A stretch of DNA of 63,916 nucleotides, counting the filler, from Folioceros fuciformis (taxonomy: Eukaryota): NCBI GenBank assembly GCA_049999805.1. It is 15 parts of 15 records of this genome, joined end to end, with 100 filler letters (N's around TTAATTAATTAA, not from the genome) between each part and the next. Parts side by side here need not be neighbours in the genome. Positions count along the whole stretch, not along the records: positions 11,177 to 14,449 come from JBNGIO010003197.1; positions 14,550 to 17,397 come from JBNGIO010003198.1; positions 17,498 to 21,534 come from JBNGIO010003199.1; positions 21,635 to 26,052 come from JBNGIO010003200.1; 11 more parts are not named here. One strand, given 5' to 3'. Of this stretch, positions 11,177-22,141 are shown piece after piece (position 1 is the first letter of the stretch; each line of letters begins with the position of its first letter). The position numbers were made by a program, and so were the translations under genes. The notes under the pieces were generated by a model. The model searched no databases. It had not been told where the DNA came from and worked only from the letters and a program-made list of their open reading frames with translations.

Positions 11177-12605
11177 TGAGCAAGGTGAGTCCACATATCG
11201 TGGGAAGTCTTTGCATGACCTACTTGTATCACCATTTGCTCCGAAAGTCCACTGATGATAAGGTCTTGTGCCTTCTCGTCCCTGACATCCCAGGAAGTTC
11301 GAAGGTGTGCTTCAAATCTTTTGGTGGGTCTGGGAAGTCTTCCATTGACTATTTCCCAGAGGTCTCATTGTCGCAAGGCTCCTTTCATCCGTATAGCCCA
11401 AACATAATAATTCTTTCCATTGAACCTATCCTTCTCTTTAAAGCTATCACTATAATGATTAATCAAGGTATGATTAGAACTCCCAGAAGGATCCATCATG
11501 GGTCTATTTGGTGACGCTGAAATTTCTTCTTCAATATTAGACACTCCAGCCATAGAAGGTGATTTAGAGGACTAAGCTTTGACGGTACAGCTTTTCATCT
11601 TCTCTATTGCGAGCTCGAAACTCCTCCCTTGTACGGTAACTTGCATTAGGAGATGATGACCTACTTGAAAATTCCTGCACATCTTTGAACTTAGAGAGAA
11701 TGGATACCTTTGTCCTAAGTTTTGTTAATTTTCTCTTGAGATCAAGATGTTGGATTGTTAGATAAGATAATTCTCTATCTAGGTCATCAAGTTTGTGAGT
11801 TTCTATGTTTAGGCCTTGCAGACAAGAAAATTTAGGAGTGTTAGTACCAGCTCTCAAATTGGGAATATGTTGGATGGCTAGTTCTAAGGCTTTAATATGG
11901 ATTGGGCCAAATACTTCTAGCAAATCACGTCTAGCTACTTTAATCAACTTCCCTTGATCTGGTCTAGAAACTAGGATAGATGCAATGAAGTTAGCTATGC
12001 AAGAAGATATTTCAACTATCTCTCCTGCTATAATATGTGAACTTCCATCATTGCTTCTAGTATTCTTGATCCTAACTTGTTTTTGCTGTCTTGCAATCTC
12101 TTTTCTTAATTCTAGGCCTCCTCCTTTTAAAAGAAATCAAATCCATAAAGAGGGGATGAAGAATTAGTGCATAGAAGCATTATTAGAAAAGAGATATTCA
12201 CATGAGAAGAAAGCATGAAGGAGCAACAATTTTAGAAGAAGCACAATCCATCTAGCTAAGTGCTAGATTGGAAAAATGCCTCCTAGATGCGCTCCTTATA
12301 TGCTTGAAGCTGCACTTGCATAATGTAGAGCAAGAAGCTGCACTTGCATAATGTAGAGCAAGAAGCTCTGATACCATGATGAAAATCTAGCCTTGCTCTT
12401 AGATGCAAATCCCAGAATGTAATTGAATTATAATGAAGTAAAGTACAAGCCTTTATATAGGCTAGGTGGTTGAGGTGGTTGGGCGGTTACAACTATAAGT
12501 AGTTGTAACCGAAAGTGGTTGTAACCATAAGTAGTTGTAACCGTAAGTGGTTGAAACTACTAACTACCTAGAATAACTACTAAGTAACTACATTATATTT
12601 TAGCA
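11177..12605 (-). mobile_element. 5' end of Copia element B: LTR about 12377-12605, tRNA-iMet PBS 12365-12376, leader with extra ORF, gag start 11553
   Basis: TGGTATCAGAGC on the minus strand. gag begins KEKDRFNGKNYYVWAIRMKGAL. LTR has TG...CA ends and a TATA-like CCTATATAAAG. Confidence 0.85.
11564..12147 (-). other. Extra sense ORF upstream of gag in Copia B (about 190 codons, probable frameshift near the ATG)
   Basis: Track ORF 11564-11947 stays open for about 65 more codons upstream. Coiled-coil-like LDDLDRELSYLTIQHLDLKRKLTKLRTK. Confidence 0.4.
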
Positions 12606-12627
12606 TCTAAAATGGCCCTAATGAATA

Positions 12628-13686
12628 GTGCCCTATACTACCTATATTTTATCACGCAGGACTGCTATCAAGTGCAAGTGGGTACTCAAAACCAAGTACC
12701 AAGAGGTCGAGCCTCATATACGCTATAAAGCAAGGTTAGTGGCCAAGGGCTATAGTCAGAAAGAGGGAGTTGACTATCAAGGCGATCAAGTTTACTCTCG
12801 TGTGGTCAAAGCAGCCTCTATAAGGATGCTCCTGGCTTTATGTGCTGAACTTATCCTAGACATCTATCAATTGGACATATGCACAACATTCCTCTATGGT
12901 CACCTAGAGGAAGAAATTTATATGGACCAACCTGAGGACTATGAGGACATGTGAGATAACCCCAAAAGGTGTGTAAACTCCTTCGTTCCATTTATGGGCT
13001 CAAACAAAGCCCTCGACTATGGTACAAGCAAATTGACACACATACCTCACGAAGATTTGCTTTCTGCAAAGTGAAGCAAATACCAATCTCTATGTACTGC
13101 TAAAAGACAACTCACTCGTTTTGATAGCATTGTATGTGGATGATCTAGTAATCCCAGGGAACAATGTGAAGCTGGTTAATCAGATCAAGGCTAATCTTAG
13201 TAAGGAGTTTGAAATGAAAGACCTTGGTTAGGTTAAATATATTTTAGAAATGCATGTACATAAAGATAGGTCCACTAGGGCTATCTATCTCCATCAAGGT
13301 AGAGATGTAGCACGGATGTTTAAGAGGTTAAATCTAGAGAATGCACAAGCAGCGGCCACCCCTGGTGTTGTTGGTGTTAAGCTCTCCTCTTTGTCTTGTC
13401 CACAATCTAATGAAGAGAAGAAGAAAATGGAGAGTGTGCCATATCGTATGGCAGTTAGTAGTCTCATGTTCTTAAGTACTAGACTTGGCCAGATGTTTCT
13501 AACGCTATCGATGCAGTGGCACAACTCTCTAAGAACCTAGGGAGGGATCATTGGGTTGCAGTCAAAAGAATAGTGTGATACCTAAAGGGTACTCCCAACT
13601 ATGGTCTTTGTTATAAGCCTAGTGGCAAATGCACTCTACATTGAACTTGCTATGTAGACGCAAATTGGGCCTCCGATGCAGATACA
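12628..13686 (+). mobile_element. Degenerate Copia RT remnant (element C), broken just after the RNase H DANWA motif
   Basis: CKWVLKTK, YKARLVAKGYSQ, IYGLKQ and LYVDDL motifs with many stops and frameshifts. Confidence 0.9.
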
Positions 13687-14556
13687 GTCGCTACCCAAGT
13701 CCAAACATTGCTTCCATAGAGAAGGACTTAGACTAGTAGATTGTAGTAGTCATATCACACAAGATAATTTCCTGACATGGTAAGGCTTATAGTGACTACT
13801 CCGTCATGAGCGAGGTTAGCTACATAGACCTAAAGTCTTGCTTCTCCTCTAGTCATGTTGGGTGCACTTCTGCTTGAGTGGCTGTCAACGATAGACTCAG
13901 CATCAAGAGGTGCAACTGGAAGATGTGATAGCCGAGTTGAAGATGGTAGACTTCAGTGATAATTTTTCTTTAGCATTGATCTCCTTCTAGTTTGGAGCTC
14001 TCAGAATTGGTACATGTCTGAGAGAGAGAGTTAGAAGGTAGACATACAATGTTGGTTCTATAACATTCGAGTTAGTTAGCTAAGATTAATTTCTACTTAG
14101 TTAGTTAAAAGGCTAGTGAAAGGTCACACCCCTTGGTCCAAGGTCTATAAAAGACAATATTTATACTATAAAAAGATAATTGAAAAAAGGTTTAGTTGCA
14201 AAACACGCTTCCACATGTAATTTCTAACTGAATCCTGCAAGTTAGATTGTCTACCTTCTTAGCAGTTCTACTTCTCCTTACACGAATAATAGTATAGACA
14301 AGTGAAATTTGGTGAAGCAATATTGACATAATAGACCTACCATACGTGTGGGTATGGTTGACTCGTAAATTTATCACCAAAGACCAAGGAAAACCAAATT
14401 GAATTAAAAGACACAAAAGAAAAAGAAAAAGAAAAAGAAAAAGAAAAAGNNNNNNNNNNNNNNNNNNNNNNNNNNNNNNNNNNNNNNNNNNNNTTAATTA
14501 ATTAANNNNNNNNNNNNNNNNNNNNNNNNNNNNNNNNNNNNNNNNNNNNCACAAAT

Positions 14557-17397
14557 TGTCCTTGGCCTATGACCAAGAGCAAGGCTACAAGAAGGGCTGG
14601 GTCTGCCTATGTGACGGATCTGATTGCTAGAAGCAGATCACAAGAGAGTAGCAACAAAAAAATGAACTGTGTATTACAATACCTAAAAAGAGATTACATA
14701 TAGCATGAGTTTTGGGTGGTAGTTATAACTGCCCATTAAACCTAATTTAATTAAACTTAAACTATGAACCGGTAACCCAATGAACTGAATACCCGACTAA
14801 TGGTATTTCTAACACTCCCACTCATTGGGTATACCAACTAGAATTAAGTGATATTAAAAACTATCAACTACCACATGTACGCCTCTCAAAACTACGAACG
14901 GGAAGTACCCTCGCTCCGCCAGTCTTCAACTGGATTTACGTCTTCACAGTCGGGAGCTTCGCGCATCCGTTCCACCAGCGCTCAGGTCTGTCAGCTCAGC
15001 CTTGTCGCACCTAACACGGCCGGAAGAACAGTTGCCGCCTCGATCACCTTATCTGATACTGATGACCTTCTCAGTGCCAAGGAGGAGCCAGGAAACAACA
15101 CTGCGTTGAGCCAGATGATGAGGACTCCTGGCGCCATCGACCTGTGTAACTGCAGAGCTTCAAATCCTCCATGCTGTACAGCTCACCCTGACACAATACA
15201 GAGATGGCGTGCCAAGGAAGGAGAGGAGTTCTATCAAATGACACAACACTGGAGAGAAGTCACAAGAGGTCAGCCTTCTGAAGCAGAAACTGAGGCTGGC
15301 AAAGAAGAAGCTCTCCTCCCCAGACGACCTAGATGGGAAGCTGAAGATGATAACGAGATGGGGAGCGACAAGGTTGTCGTGCCTGCAGACTTCATCCCTA
15401 AGAAGCTTGCACTCCCGACAGGCGACTTGAAGAAGAGAAGGCACTTGATCTCTAACGGGAATGGGGCTGACACCCCTCTCACCCCTAAAACTATGTGTGC
15501 ACCTCTACTGGAATCCACATGGTGCAATAGAGGTGGTTCAGATGGGGCGGACATGGCAACAATTTCATATCATTCTACGGTAAGGGTCTTTTGCTAGCTC
15601 TTCTGACGGTCTCCCACTGTTGTTGTGGTTGGAAGAAATGCTGATGTCACAACCCAAACTACGTGCTGTCATGTTTCTAAAGTGTCCAAGGATAAGCTGT
15701 ACGAGAAGGCCGGGATGAACTGGTACCGGTCCTCTGACAATGAGGGAACAGACAGTAGCGCTTCTTTGATGACCATGTCACTGCTCCACCAGCTAACAAG
15801 AAAGAGTAAGCAGACACAGACTTTCTGGTATCGGAATCTGCTGCCCAGTCAGCGTCACAGTATCCTACCAAGGTGAGTGAGTCACTACCGCTGATCTGAC
15901 TATTGTACGCAATCCCATGGTTGCTAGTGCCCTTAAGGTACCTAAGGATACGCTTAGCTGCAGACCAGTGAGGACGACCTGGATCCTTGAGGAACTGAGA
16001 AACTGTACTGACAGCAAAAGCTACATCAGGCCTAGTATGATTAGAACAGAAAATCAAGGACCCTACAGCTTGAGGGTAAGGTACTAGAGACATCTCCTCT
16101 TGCTCACTGTCTGAATGTGGGGACTGCGATTTACTCAACTTACAACCAGCTTCTAGAGGGGTAAGTGCTGGCTTCGCTTCTGTAAGCTTGTACTTAAACA
16201 GCATGTCAAATATGTATTTTTCCTGATGAATAGGAAGAATAACTGAATAACAGAATAACTGTCTCGCAGAAGTTGAGTACCAAGACAGTAAGAGAGCTCA
16301 CCAATGTCAACCATGTCGAAGCGACCAGATAAGAGGGCTTTTACCTTTGTAATTCCTGCTAGGTCTGTGCCCATGAGAATACAGTCATCGACATAGAGGG
16401 CTAAAATAACATAACCCGTTTCATGTTGCAGAAGATACACATTGGTGTCAGCCGAGCTTTTTTGGAAACAAAGCTCGAGTAGGAACTCGTTGATGCGGTA
16501 GTACCAAGCTCGTGGGCTCTGTTTCAACCCATAGATTGTCTTGAGCAATTTGCAGACCCAGTCCTCCTTGCCTCGTAGTTCATACCCTTCAGGCTGCTGC
16601 ATAAATATCTCTTCTAACTTACCATGAAGAAAGGTTGTCTTAACATCCATCTGATGTATATACAGCTTGAAATGGGCAGACATGGCGAAGAGAACCCTCA
16701 GAGACTGAGCCTTGACCACCGGAGAGAAAGTGTCATGATAGTCCAACCCAGCTACTTGAGAGAAGCCCCTAGCAACTAAACGTGCTTTATACCGGGAAAT
16801 GCTGCCATCAACCTTATATTTCAGCTTGAAGACCCACTTCGAGGTGACAATCTTCCTCCCCTGAGGCGGAGGGCAGACTTCCCAGGTATGATTTTGAATA
16901 AGAGAATCATATTCAGATTGAATGGCTGCCTCCCATTGTTTAGCTGCAGGTCCACTAAGGGCTTCCTTGTATGATTGTGGTTCGTGACCAGGGTTGATTG
17001 TAAGATGAGCGTCAGCCTTCCTAAAATCCTCAGAACTATAAGGAGGTTCAACCCAATGAGAGGGAGGCCGATGTACACGAGCAGACCTACGAAGAGGTGG
17101 AGGGACAGGGGCCTGTTCACGTTCAGGTAAAATTGGAGGATCATGGTCTAAATCGCTATCATGATCGGAGTCAGAGGCAGGTGGGGGATCATCTTGATCA
17201 GAATCAACTAAACGTGCATCTGGCACTGGTACAGGTTGAGGGACAGCTACAGCTGGCACAGGAGGAACAACAGGAGGTACAAGCTGAACTGGAGGTTCGT
17301 TCAACGCAGTAGGAAAAGAAGCATCAAAGACTGGAAAATGTGACTCCTCTAGCTCTTCAAGAACAGCATCATCAACATCGTCAGGTTCAGGCACCTC
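14557..17397 (-). mobile_element. 3' half of Copia element D: RT, truncated RNase H, 3' region, PPT and 3' LTR (about 14557-14814)
   Basis: ORFs 16153-17394 and 15677-16204 (YKARLVARGFSQ, LYVDD, YCDADWA). PPT GAGTGGGAG precedes TGTTAG. Confidence 0.92.
14848..15597 (+). CDS. Antisense ORF in the 3' region of Copia D, unknown function
   Basis: 249-codon open frame with a CNC..CC..H cluster and charged C-terminal half. Candidate intron 14986-15074 and GTAAGG donor at 15580. Confidence 0.4.
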   Translation: MILKTINYHMYASQNYEREVPSLRQSSTGFTSSQSGASRIRSTSAQVCQLSLVAPNTAGRTVAASITLSDTDDLLSAKEEPGNNTALSQMMRTPGAIDLCNCRASNPPCCTAHPDTIQRWRAKEGEEFYQMTQHWREVTRGQPSEAETEAGKEEALLPRRPRWEAEDDNEMGSDKVVVPADFIPKKLALPTGDLKKRRHLISNGNGADTPLTPKTMCAPLLESTWCNRGGSDGADMATISYHSTVRVFC

Positions 17398-17497
17398 NNN
17401 NNNNNNNNNNNNNNNNNNNNNNNNNNNNNNNNNNNNNNNNNTTAATTAATTAANNNNNNNNNNNNNNNNNNNNNNNNNNNNNNNNNNNNNNNNNNNN

Positions 17498-19499
17498 CTT
17501 GGGGTTCAGATCCTAAGGATACGAGAGGAAGGCCTGATTATTGTTCACCAACACAAGTACATCAACGACATTCTTCGGAAATTCAAACTTGATGAGGCTA
17601 GGCCTGTTACCACTCCCTATTTTACAGGGGTCAAGCTTACCAGTTTACACTGCCCGCAGACTCCAGAAGAGGTCCAGGATATGCTCGATGTACCCTACAG
17701 GCACGCTATAGGTAGCTTAATTTTTGTTGCTAACTGGACCAGGCCAGATATTCAGTACTCCGTTAGTACAGTATCGCAGTTCTTGGAGAAACCTAGCAGG
17801 GCACACTGGACAGTAGTTAAGAGGATTTTTAGGTACCTAAAGGGTACCCATACATATGGACTTTTCTACAGAAGGACTGGGCAAGGGAAACTTACACTTT
17901 TTGGTTTTACGGATGCTGATTGGGCATCAGACAGCGATTCCAGGAAAAGCCTTTCGACTTATTGTTTCCTGCTCTCATCCTCAGCCGTGAATTGGTCTTG
18001 CAAAAAGCAGTCCTCAATAGCCCTGTCATCAACAGAAGCAGAGTATAAATCCCTAACTGATGCTTCAAAGGAAGCCGAATGGGAAAGAACTTTTCTGCAT
18101 GACTTAGGGCAAACTCAGCAAGCACCTACCTCAATTCTCTGTGATAATATGTCTGCACTTGCCCTCGTAGCCAATCCCAGGTTCCACGCGCGCACTAAGC
18201 ACATTGAAATTCAGCACCACCACATCAGAGATGTTGTGGAGCGTGGAGCTGTGAAGGTTGGTTACATAGGCACAGAGGACAACGTGGCAGATGTGTTAAC
18301 AAAGGGTTTGGTGAAGTACAAACACTATAAGCATCTGTCAGGCTTGGGCCTGGCTGACTATTCTATGCACATGGACAGGCAGTGACTTATCTGTGTAGGT
18401 TGGGGTGGGAACCCGGAGGTTCCCTAGGTGTTATTGAGTGGTGCCTTCGACATCTTTGCAGACACATATAACTGCACATGCCCCACGCACACACAATTAG
18501 GTCAGATGCGGCGTCAGTCCATGAGGAAACAGAGGGAGCAACAATGTTGTGTTGCACTAAGGATGAAGCTTACCTTAGTACTTAATCTTCCTGCAGTACG
18601 GTGCCCCCTACAAAGATGGCTTCACATCCTGCTCTTCGTCATCAACTGGCGCAGGCCCTTCTCCAGCAGCAAGGATGTGCTCCAGCTCCCTGATCCTGTC
18701 GGTAGCTAAACGCAGCTGTGCGACTAGGGCAGGCAGCGCAAGCTCCGAGAAGCGGAAGTCAGGTTGCTGGGGTGCGGGTCCCTCTTCTCGAGGTGCCTGG
18801 GCTGTCCCTGGAACAGGTCCAGGGTTGATTGGGCAGCTGTTCATGAACTGTGCAAGCTCCTCCAATGACCCACATCTGAGCCATCGCAGTTTTCCTTGGA
18901 TCTCCTGCTCTCCCGATGCTGTGCTCGGCGACGGCTGTGCCCTATTTCTCCGTGGCGTCTTCTCCGAGGCAACATAGCCCTTGCCACTGCGCGTCTGCAT
19001 CTCTGTAAGGCGATGGCGGGCGTGGAAGTTAAGCTTGATCGTAGCCAGGTAGGCGAGGGAGATGTTGGCGGCGGCAAACGCTTGCGCGAGGACGTAGTCC
19101 GTCGTTTGCGTAAAGGGTTTTACGCTTGGGTTTGGGTTACGCCGTTCTGTGTGGAGGGATCCTGTTCCGTGATGGGTTTGAATACACGTGTCGTCGTGGA
19201 AATGCACGTTAAATGCCTAAAGTTGCTTTAGAGGGAGTGTTGGAAATAAAGCCAACATTAGGATAAAGAACTTAGGGTTTCATTAAGTAAACCGTTTCAG
19301 AGTTTAGTATTTAAACAACATACACATACAATTTTGTATTCAATTTATTGTTTTGTATCAAGTTTTGTTGTTCCAAACTACTCTCCATAAATTCTCATCG
19401 CGGAATTCTGGAACCCTTAACTGCGAAGAACGCGTTCGCGGAGGTCAATCTGGCGAAGTTGGTGGATAAGCGCATCGTCTGGGTTTTACGGAGTTCACA
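17498..19499 (+). mobile_element. 3' end of Copia element E: RT/RNase H, 3' region, PPT and LTR (about 19238-19499), inserted in a Gypsy protease
   Basis: ORF to 18385 with FTDADWA, STEAEY, CDN and ADVLTK. AGAGGGAG precedes TGTTGG and the LTR ends TTCACA. Confidence 0.92.
18608..19000 (-). CDS. Antisense gene in Copia E (130 aa, MQTRSGK..., C-terminal coiled coil) with predicted UTR introns
   Basis: Acceptor CCTTACAG lies 2 nt before the ATG. 3' UTR intron 18573-18472 has AAG|GTAAGC, CCTAAT and GTGCAG. Confidence 0.5.
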   Translation of the reverse strand: MQTRSGKGYVASEKTPRRNRAQPSPSTASGEQEIQGKLRWLRCGSLEELAQFMNSCPINPGPVPGTAQAPREEGPAPQQPDFRFSELALPALVAQLRLATDRIRELEHILAAGEGPAPVDDEEQDVKPSL

Positions 19500-21534
19500 C
19501 CGGCCCGAGTTTATCTACGCATGGCTGATCAAACCAAGAGGAAACCCTTGGGAGTACTTCGGAATGTGCCAACAGTGATTGGAGGAGTCACCTTCTATCT
19601 GATCTACATCGTTATGCGACCTGTGTCTGATTTGGGGTATAAGGTTCTCCTAGGAAGGCCATGGCTGTATGGCACCACTTGTGTCTTCGATTTCGGGAGG
19701 CAAGGCGTCACCTTTACAACTCGACAAGCAGGGGCCAAGGGGACCGCTTTCGTCTCCTGGAGCAGAGCGCCCTACGGAGGGGAGATTGAACCGCCCACAG
19801 CAGGTTAGACTTCCAGAGGAACAGGCGACAGCTCCTTGGGGGCATATCAAGGGCTCTACGCGGAGGAGAGACACGTTGACAACCCGCGGTGCTATCGGGT
19901 GGATGCGATCGTGGAGGATAGATCGGAGGAGGGCCCGCCTCCGCTCGCAGAAACACCCATCGCCTGGAAGGAGTCCCCCGGGGAGGAAGACGAGGGTCGG
20001 AGGGAAGGCTCGGCTTTTTGGAAGGGGTGAGCTTTTGATCAGGATTTTCCCGAGTGGGAATCTAGGACAAGTGTAGGCAGCAGTCCCGAGGGGGTCTATG
20101 TCGACCCCGATGCGGTGGAAGAAATGGAACTTGAGCCTGGTAAGAGTGTCAAAGTGTCCAAACATTTGCTGCCCGAGGAGCGAGGGGGACTGAAGGCCCT
20201 CCTACAGGAATACATTGATGTATTCAAGTTCAAAGTAACCGATATGAGTGGAATGCCAGAAGAGTTGGGAATTCATCGTATCGACCTAAAGGAAGGAAGC
20301 ACTCCGGTGAGGGTGAAGCAATATCGGTTGAATCCCAAGTATTTGATGGTGGTGAAAGAGCAACTGGACCCAGTATCTGGAGGCGGGAGTAATTTACCTT
20401 GTCTGCACCAATGATTGGGTGCCTCCCATCGTGGTAGTGCCCAAGAAATAGCCAGCGAAGGTCAGGGTCTGCTAGGACTTCCGTAAACTGAATAAGGCCA
20501 CCAAGAAGGATCACCACCCTTTGCCCTTCTTGGACAGCATGCTGGATACCGTCACGGGCCACGAGATGTACAGCTTCCTGGACGAGTATTCTGGCTACAA
20601 TCAGATTTCTCTGCGAAAAGAAGATTAGGAGAAGACCACCTTCACAACGGATTGGGGAACCTTTGCGTACTCTAAGCTTCCTTTCGGTCTCTGCAATGCC
20701 CCTGCGACCTTTCAGAGAGTGGTGAATACCATTTTCAAGGACTTGCTCCAAAAGATCATGGAAGTCTTCTTAGATCACTTTTGCGTATTTGGGAAGCGGG
20801 AACTGCACTTGGATCACCTACGCAAGTGTCTGTAGAGGTGCCGGGAAACAAATCTCAAGCTCCACCCTGGCAAGTGTTACTTCGGGATGACGGAAGGCAT
20901 CCTGCTGGCTCATCGAGTGTCAGCACGGGGACTACAGGTGGACCACGAGAAGGTCAAAGTAATCGCTGAGATGGACGCCCCACAAAACGTGAGACAGGTG
21001 CACTCCTTTGTCGGTTTGGTAGGGTACTACCGCCGCTTCGTCTGCAACTTTGCCAAGAAGGCTGCTCCTCTTACCCAGCTCACCAAGAAAGACGGCCCTT
21101 TCCAGTGGACCGCTAAGAGGGAGGCAGCATTCCAACAATTGAAGGCAGGCCTGGTTCGGGCACCAACGCTATAACCTCCGAATTGGGAGAAGACGTTCCA
21201 TGTGGACGTGGATGTGTCTGCTTACGCCATTGGCGCTGTTCTCAGCCAGCGGGACACACAGAGTCGCGACCATCCCATCTTTTACGCTGGCAGGCAACTG
21301 ACTAATGCAGAACAGAATTATTCAACGACCGAAAGAGAAGCGTTGGGCATCATCTATGCCTGCAAGAAATTTTGACATTACCTCTTGGCGTGCAAGGTAG
21401 TGTTCCATGTGGATCACTTTGCATTGAAATACCTGGTCAACAAGCCGGACCTTTCGGGAAGAATCGCCAAGTGGGTCCTACTCCTCTAGGAATACGACTT
21501 CGAAGTGGAAACTCGAGCGGGGAAGAAACATGTC
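19500..21534 (+). mobile_element. Degenerate Ty3/Gypsy pol (non-chromovirus, Athila/OTA-like): protease tail, RT, RNase H
   Basis: VLLGRPWL; KDHHPLPFLD..YSFLDEYSGYNQI; PFGLCNAPATFQR; NYSTTEREALG; SGRIAKWVLLL*EYDFEV. Confidence 0.92.
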
Positions 21535-21634
21535 NNNNNNNNNNNNNNNNNNNNNNNNNNNNNNNNNNNNNNNNNNNNTTAATTAATTAANNNNNNNNNN
21601 NNNNNNNNNNNNNNNNNNNNNNNNNNNNNNNNNN

Positions 21635-22141
21635 AGAAGGGAATGGAGGAGGAAGGGAGAAAGGGAGAAAGGGAGAAAGGGGAAGGGGGATGGGGGCGGC
21701 CGCAACCCCTGCCTCTAGCCCTAGCTAGGGCACAGCCTCCATGACCGTTCAGGCCAGCCAGGCAATCAGCCAGCCTGACATCAGACCCTGACCCCTGACA
21801 TTGACATACCCCACATATTCATGTTCCTATGTTCAGACCATTATTTTGTTATTATTTAATCATTTAATATTATATACCTTTAATTAATATTAAACTAATC
21901 ACCAGACCTAGACTCAAACTTTCCCAACCCTATGGCCTGGTACCAGACCTGGACCCACTTTAATAACCAAACCAACTATTTCCTAGTCAATTAACCTAAT
22001 TAGCACAAAGAAAAATAGGAAAAATGACCAGAAAATAAAGAAAAATTGGGAAAAAGAAGTAGAAAAAGAAAACCAAACCATACCACTATTAACCCTTTTT
22101 CAACCAAAACAAACTACTACCCCAAACTTTGGAGGTTCACA
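21635..22141 (-). mobile_element. Probable LTR terminus of another element, inserted in the Copia F leader
   Basis: Minus strand starts TGTGAACCTCC, then T-rich sequence and GGCTGG motifs, similar in layout to the 8994 element. Confidence 0.35.
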
